In this document: positions 56,150 to 64,000 of the stretch, piece by piece | Layout of the letters: every line of letters begins with the position of its first letter | How positions within the stretch are numbered: position 1 is the first letter of the stretch | Source of the DNA: the human T2T-CHM13v2.0 reference genome, Homo sapiens | Length of the DNA: 64,000 nucleotides | Strand: one strand, 5' to 3' | Assembly (NCBI RefSeq): GCF_009914755.1 | Contig: NC_060925.1 | Position numbers and translations under genes: made by a program | Notes under the pieces: model-generated | What the model saw: only the letters and a program-made list of their open reading frames with translations | What the model was told of the DNA's origin: nothing | Databases searched by the model: none

Positions 56150-58525
56150 TACCACCTTTCATTAAAAGTTGATATACTATCAGATGTTCTCACTTTAGTA
56201 TGGTTTTGTTGTCTATGAGTTACTTGCCATAGTATCATATTTATATAGTTTTACCCAAGAGCATTTTCAAAGGAATAAATCGAAGATAAGTTGAGTGCCA
56301 TACAGATGTTTGATGGGCTTGAACTTTACATACAAAACCAAAATAAACAGGTTTTCAAATTTAAAATAATAGATGATTGACAAATAAATAAAAATTATAA
56401 ACCAACATGTTACATGCCTTGATTAATTAGAACCTTACACTTAATCAAATTAACACGTGACCTTGCCACAAAATGTTAAAATATATTAAATAATGTTAAA
56501 AATTTAAAGATTTTCTGAATTTAGGTTTGCATACAAAATTTACTAGCATTAACTTTTATGTTATGGAAAATTGGTGAAACTAAAATAGTAGGTTCACATT
56601 ATTCAGCAGAAACATTTTTTAAATACATGCTTTTGTGTGCTTTCCTCAGATTTAGAAAAACAGTTGCATGCATTGTCAACTAAGTTAAGCCGAGGTGAGT
56701 TTATTGACTGTGTGTCAAAGATGTAAAATTAAAAAATCATTTTTGAATGTCAAATGGTCTTTCATTTCTCCACCTTGAGATTCATGTCTCTATTCTTTTT
56801 CTATATTTCATGTCTGCTTGTTCTTTCAACTCCGTTGGAGTGTAGCCAGACATTGCAGCCTACAGAGTGAATATGCCTGCTATATTCCTGTTTGATCCTC
56901 TTCCCTTTATGTGTCAGTTCCTTTGTGGGCTGCCTACTTGTCAAACCATTTTTATTCTTCAAAACTTTATACATAATTTTTACATAAGCTGTGCAGATCT
57001 CAGTACAATTGATGAATTTTTTACAAGTTAATCACACATAAATAGCATAAACACCGCTGCTTACGTGTTTAACGTTGTAAGGACAAGTATATATTTACTC
57101 AACTACAACCAATTAGATGCAAAATACTCAAGTTATAGATTAAACACAGCTGTTTGTGCTTCCCTTTGAATTAGTAAAATAAGCAGATTCAAAAAGCTAG
57201 CTCAAAAATGCATCTGCCATTAATAAGCATAGAAATTTAGGGAATATTTTGAATATTGAGCTAAAACAGCAAAAAAAAAACAAATTTAAAACACATTATT
57301 TAATGAATTATGATACTAAGATGTACAAATCTTGATTCTCATGGTAGCTGACAGTTAAGTTGTAATTCTTTTTGACCTAGGAGAAAATGCATGACTCTCT
57401 TATCTAAGTCTTCATTGTTTTTAGTCATTTAAAAGAAGATACTTTGTAATCAGAGATGTTTTACAAAACCTAACATTTGTCATGTGGGGAAAAAATGTTC
57501 TTTAGCTCTATGCCTAGTACAACCTGAGGCATGAAACAATTGTCAAGAAATGCAATACCTGTTGCGTCTTGGAGCTTAAATCACTAACCTAAAAGTCTCT
57601 GTAAGTCATAATGAAGATATACTAATCAATGAGAAGAAATCTATGTTTAAAAGTGTGCTCAGCAGATTATTAATAATGTTACTTTTGATAAATTATGTGG
57701 AGAATTACAAGGCCACCCTAGGATCAAAAAAAGAATTCTACAGAATAAACCAGAAAAATCCATCTTACCCAAGTCTCATAAAGGTCAGATAAAAGCTAAT
57801 TTAAGTATACTATACACTTTTATAAGTTGTTGCTAAGGTTAACTCAAGTTAATATTTGTTAGTCCTACAGTAGTAATACAAAGAAAGGCCAGATATGTCC
57901 AGGAAATATAAAGAAAATAAATATTTTTATCATAAACCAGGAAACTATTTATTTTTATTCTCAGAAAAAATCACCATTGAGAGTTTAAGCTCATAATAGC
58001 CGAAATTTTAAGGTATTAAAATTATATCAAAAAAGCAGAAATGATGCGTAATAGAGTTGCAAACTGACTTCTCTAAAACTGTGAATGATTTGTAACCCAA
58101 AACCAGCACACATGAGGAAGGGCTGTCAAAGTCACTAAAGATTAAACTGAGGTATGTGAAGATGCTGAAAAAAGGCCCATGCAATCGCAGTTTTCAGAAA
58201 TAATTCTGTCAGAATAGTTGTCTAAAGTAACGATACTTCATGAGGGGCAAAACCAAAAATCAGCAGTGTGTTGTTTCTAACAGTGGGAATGGCATCTGAG
58301 GGCTGGTTGCAGAAGATACTCTGAACTCCATAGAAGAAAACAAGAGCTGAAATTTAACAAGAAAGCATGCAGAAATATCTTTCATGGAGGTGGTCATAGA
58401 GAATGCATGAAGGTGATACTTAAGTACAGGCAGAACTGAAACTGCTATGTTTGTTATTAGGATAAAACTAAACACTACAACTACCTCTCCACACAGTCGA
58501 TATCCCTTCAACTACACAAACTCAG

Positions 58526-58562
58526 GCACACACACATGCACACGCACACACACAAACACACA
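58526..58562 (+). repeat. Degenerate (CA)n
   Basis: Direct reading of the sequence. Confidence 0.85.
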
Positions 58563-60016
58563 TGTGTAATATACGAAACTTCATAACCAATTGGTATTTT
58601 TTTTTTTTACTCTGGAGATTGTTACGTCCATTCTTGAAAATAACTAATCTATTTTATTATCTATACTTCCCCTTTACATAATTTCATCAGTCACATGTTT
58701 TAAACACTATTTCTATTGTATTCTAGATACAATTGATTCCCAATTTGTATCTAGCTCTTATCTCTCTCTGTAACTAGAATTTTTTATCCATGTGTTTGAT
58801 TCACACTGGAAGTCTAAAAGGCATCTCACATTTAACCTGTTCAAAAACAGTATCAGCTTAGAAAACTCATCTTTAATGTTCTGTTCCTCTACAACCACTT
58901 TTCATAACAAAATCCTTATGAGTCAGGGATTTCTATATAGTGATTAAAGCAAGTTTGTGTTCAACTGAGCAAAAGGATGTAGCAGCTGTAAGGAAGAGAA
59001 AAAATACAAAGCAGTGTAAGAAATAGAAATGTTTATTACCTTTATTTTTGTGATGGCTTCATGTATGAACACGTGCCAAAACTTTTTTGAACAGTTTTAA
59101 TGTAATTTATTTTATATAAATTTTACCTCAATAAAGCAATTTCTAAAATCTTGGGGTGCACTTTTAATATCAAAGGAAATATGTTTAAAAAGGAAGAGCA
59201 TTTATAATCCCAAAAATAACACCAAATAATAAATATGTATGCACAAATATGAAATCACACCATGTCATAAGTTACAGAAAATTAACTGAGAAATGTAAAT
59301 CAAAAGAATAATTTAATTTTCATTTTTCATTCAATGGTAAAGTATACCAAAACATGTAACGACATAGAACAATTAGCTCACACTTTAATCTTACCTTTAG
59401 GATACAGCTAAGATAAATGTTGAAGTAAACTATTCACTTTTTAACAGTAATAATGCAAAAGAGATAGCTACAATAACAGATAAGACATTCAACTTAGAAA
59501 GTAGTAATTCAGGTAGAAAATAGATCTAATTGGAAAAATGTAATTAATGAAATAAAATAGAATATGATGGAACATATAAATAAATCTAAGAGCTACTACG
59601 TTGGAAAAAAAGAGCAAAATGTATTAAGATAAACTTAACCTAGTAAGGAGAAACATATACAAAATAGAAATATCAATATAAAATATCCACAAGAGAATTT
59701 AAATGTAATCACGAGATTACATTTCGCATTGTAAATATATAAATTTAAATAGGAGTTAAAAATTGTTGATTATTAGGAACATATACATTTTAACATAAAC
59801 AGTAGAAGAAATGGAATTATTAATAAAAATTAAGTAAAATTGTTGGACAACTACCATACCTATCCCCCAAGCCAACAATATATTACTTCCCAACATTCAT
59901 ACAGGAGAAACTTACGAATTTATAAAGAATTAATAATGCAAACAAAAATTAAACCCCAACTGCATCAAAACTGAAGGAAAGATCATACATAATTATTATA
60001 AAGAATTATAATTTTT

Positions 60017-60436
<420 letters not shown>

Positions 60437-60701
60437 CTATGTAAGTATACAATTAAAAACAAGATTAGCAGTGTTTTCCAATGTGTTTTAAACTAGGTTG
60501 ATGGAATTGTCCAATGGTTTCGAGTAAATATAAAAATAATCTTTTGATGCCCTGCTTATTTCCTGAAAGAAAATATTGATATGGATTATTAAAGAAAATA
60601 TTACACAGGAATATTGACATATACATATTTTTCTGTATATATTTATTTTGTGTGTGTATATATATGTTTCTCTATGTCTGTGTATGTATGTTTTAGAAAA
60701 A

Positions 60702-60800
60702 CAGACATGCACTGCATAGTGAGACATCAGTCAGCAGAAGACTGCATATAAGACTGGTCCCATAAGATTATAATACTGTATAGTACCATATATTTACTGG
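60702..60800 (+). mobile_element. Tigger3/MER7-type DNA transposon end fragment
   Basis: cagacatgcactgcata...ggtcccataagattataatactgta. Confidence 0.75.
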
Positions 60801-60829
60801 AAATACATTTACAGTAAATGCCATATTGC

Positions 60830-61630
60830 AAATCAGTGGAGGTAGAGGTACATTATTTAATAAATGCTGTTAAGAAGGTAGGATGGTAGTTGAAAAAAAC
60901 ATAAACATAAAAATTCCATTTTTTCACCTCCATCAAAAGAAGATTCATATATACAGGTTTTAAAACAAAATAAATGCCTAATAATTTAAAAAATTTAAAC
61001 AAGAATAATATAACCACAATAGTGTTATGAGAAAACATGAAATAATTATTTCAGAGTCACAGTTTGTTAAAGACCAATAATTGTGTAAAAATAAATGTTA
61101 AATTTGGGGATTTCATCATCATAAACAAAGGAGAAATGATAAACTAAAAATGTACACAAAATTATAATTATTTGATAAGTTAATTTCCTTAATATATAAA
61201 TATAACCTATTAATCAATAGGAAAAGTATAAGAAACCAGAAAAATTAACCAAGACATGAAAAAACAGTTTCCAAAAAGTGAATTTTAAGTTTTAAATATT
61301 AACAGTCAACCATGTTTATTATAAGAGAAATGCAACTTGAAATCAAAATTGCCCATTTTTATTGATCAAATTTATGAAAATCAACAAGTTTGATAAGTTT
61401 TTGGTATAAAAAGGATGTGTTGAGGGTCAACAGTAAATTGGTATAACTTCAATTGACAAAATATGTCAAAATAATTAAAATTTAAAATGTATAGTTTCTT
61501 GATTCAATAATTTCAATTCTTTTTTTCTATGAGAACTGATGACTAGAAGACCAAGAGTCTTTGCTTTCAGTGTACATATATCATTGTCTACCTTTTAAAT
61601 TCTGTGCCATATACAATCAGTTAAAAACTG
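60830..61630 (+). mobile_element. Ancient L1ME fragments
   Basis: tatttaataaatgctgtt and aagagaaatgcaacttgaaatca are degenerate ORF2 3' motifs. Confidence 0.55.
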
Positions 61631-62306
61631 ACTATAGTAATTATTTGAAATTGAAGATAATAAAGACTTTAATATGCATATATAATCTCTAAAATATGTG
61701 TGGGTTTTTTTGTGTGTATATGTATATCCATGGTTGTATTTATTCTATATCAGACCATATAATCTACATTGTACCACAAACTTATAAAATGTTTAAGCCA
61801 AAAGTAATTTTAAATATCTTATGATCATTTCACTGAATTGGCTTAAAAATGTATTGGGATTTAAGGATTATTTCAATATTGTTCTAGACATATAAAAATG
61901 ATATTAACCCTGTGATTTAATATATTGTTTAAAATAATAATTTTATTTCAAATAGTTATTTTGTTCCTTCAAATAGTTTTGTTTCAACCTTAGATTGATT
62001 CTAAGTTTATTAATATAGCTTCCTATATTTTCTGTTCTGTTCAAAATATTATCAAGTGAAAATTTGATAATTATATATGATTCAATCAAAGTAATTTATT
62101 TTATCTACATTTAAAGTTTAGTCATTGGTTTCTCTATGAATATCCACAATTTTCTTTCCTATAATTTATCTCTTCTAATGTTTACATTTGAACTATGTTA
62201 TTTCGAGGAATATTTCCTGGTTCTTTTTTTTCTGTTGAGGTGTCCCATCTTATGCAGTAGAATTTTGTTTAAGTTTGCAGAGACAAATAAAGGCATAACA
62301 GAAGGT

Positions 62307-62471
62307 GAGAGAGAGAGAGAGAGGAGAGAGAGAGAAGAGAGAGAAAGAGGAAGAAGAAAAAGGAGGAGGAGGGGGAAAGGAAGGAAAGAAGGAAGGAAGG
62401 AAGGAAGGAAGGAAGGGAGGGAGGGAGGGAGGGAGGGAGGGAAGGAGGGAGGAAGGGAGGGAGGGAGGAAG
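62307..62471 (+). repeat. Compound polypurine microsatellite (GA)n-(GGA)n-(GGAA)n-(GGGA)n
   Basis: ~165 nt of pure purines, including six consecutive GGAA (62391-62414) and seven GGGA (62415-62442). Confidence 0.97.
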
Positions 62472-62604
62472 TCAAGCAGCAAATGGAACAAATTTTAGAA
62501 GACATTCAGGAGCCAGATCAAGATTTGCGTTACCATAAAACATTCCACAAGATTTCTAGTGTTTAGATGTTTACACCTAGGTCAATAAATAATCCCTAAG
62601 ACAT

Positions 62605-64000
62605 AAGGTGTTAACCTTAACCATCTGGCGGAGGTAGTATTTTTCAGGTTTTTGTGTTATAAAGATTCTGCTCCCCGTCCTATTCCATACTATATTATTT
62701 GAAAAGTAGTCACTAAATGCAGCCCAAACTGAAGAAGTAGGAGCTATGCTTCCTCTTCTTAATGAAGGATTTCTTCATAAATTATTCTGAATTATTTTAA
62801 ATTGCAGATTTATTGTTTCTTCCCATTTATTCATTCATTCATTTATAAATTTTATCTTGGGAATCAATATACGCACATGGTATTTATTTTACTCTTTTGA
62901 TTCAAATCTAATTCTACTCTAATTATGTTCTTTCTTAAATTGCTCCTGCTTTAAGACTACTGGGAGCTCTTTGAGAGCATTTCACCATTGGGGATATTTT
63001 CTGTTTTCTCTTGCAACTCTCTGACATAGCCCCATCAGTGTGAGATTTTCTTTCTTGTTTGTTTGCTTATTTAAGCATTTCTTTAATTTCTGATACTAAG
63101 AGAGCCCCAGGATGATTTTACATATTTCCAGTCTTAGTGTTAGCCATTTCTCTAAGGAACACTGGTTTCTTTCATTATAGAATTGCATTAGAAACAAATA
63201 TCTGGCAATATGTGTGCTTCTGGGCATCTTTGCTATTAGACCTTCTCAGCTGATAAAACAAGGAGTTTATATATACATGCTGTGTGTATTCCAACTAAAT
63301 ACTTCCGTATGTAACCATCTGTATTTATGTTAATATAAACGTGAATTCATAAATATGTCTCTGAGTTTAAACCATTACCATGTGGCTCATTTAAGACTTC
63401 TGCACTTAAATATCTGTAAATTCTCACTTCAACAGTAAGAAACTCATCTCCCACCATTAGCCATCCATTTACATAATTACACAGTGCTAGCATACATTCA
63501 TGGGAGTATCAAAATTGCTAACCTATGAATCTATTGAAATAAGTTTATCAGTTAAAGTACAGTACTTATGCACAGTTAAATTTGTCTTGAGTCATAGATT
63601 CCACTCATTTTGAATATTAATTAGGTCAATATTCTTCCACCATCTTTCAGTGAGGTTGTTTCATATTTGTAATATAGTTAGATTTTCTTGTCACATTTTA
63701 CATTTTTTTCCTGGGATACCCGGACCTCCAAAATTATTTTTTTAAATTTGCATACTCAAAGAATTGATTTTTGTTCTGTAAATTTGTATGGGCTCTGGCA
63801 AATGTATAATATCAGGTTTTTACCATTATAGTATCATACAGGACAGTTTCATAATCCTAAAAATTCCTCAATGCATTACCTCTTTTATACTCTGAGACCC
63901 AACTATAGTTTTCCCTTTTCTAGAATGTCACATAATTGGGAACATACATTATATAATCTTTATATACTTATCTCTTTCACTTAGCAATTTTAATTGAAGG
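62605..64000 (-). mobile_element. L1MC3/L1MD-type 3' region
   Basis: gttaaccttaaccatctgg...gtcactaaatgcagccca...ttctagaatgtcacataattgg is an antisense L1M 3' region. Confidence 0.8.

Noticed and set aside
53000-58500. Long, mostly repeat-poor AT-rich stretch as a possible conserved enhancer
   Set aside because: Conservation cannot be assessed from one sequence, and I saw no distinctive motif structure.
62136-62538. Low-complexity ORFs (EGRK/PSLP repeats)
   Set aside because: They are translations of the polypurine microsatellite.

Overview
AT-rich, repeat-dense primate genomic DNA, most likely human given an AluYa5 with all five diagnostic changes. It reads as intergenic/gene-desert sequence with no intact protein-coding, tRNA or rRNA gene that I can support. 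Most of it is nested interspersed repeats: L1s of many ages (including a twin-primed, 5'-inverted L1PA3/4 and a short L1PA2-type insert), about a dozen Alus, solo LTRs (THE1, MER52, MER34-like, MLT-like), hAT and Tigger DNA transposon relics, MIR/L2 and microsatellites. The only gene-derived sequence is a rearranged SEPTIN2 processed pseudogene (~22.7-24.2 kb): a 3'UTR-like segment with poly(A) on the minus strand fused to an inverted CDS piece on the plus strand. The most unusual structures are local templated-insertion scars: a 178-bp inverted copy (19530/21166), a 94-bp direct copy inserted into an L1 (40060/41711), an ~84-bp inverted L1 fragment of a different subfamily inside an L1MA, and several fold-back hairpins. 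I found no evidence for a novel multi-gene biological system. Repeat subfamily names come from recalled consensus sequences and need RepeatMasker/Dfam confirmation.
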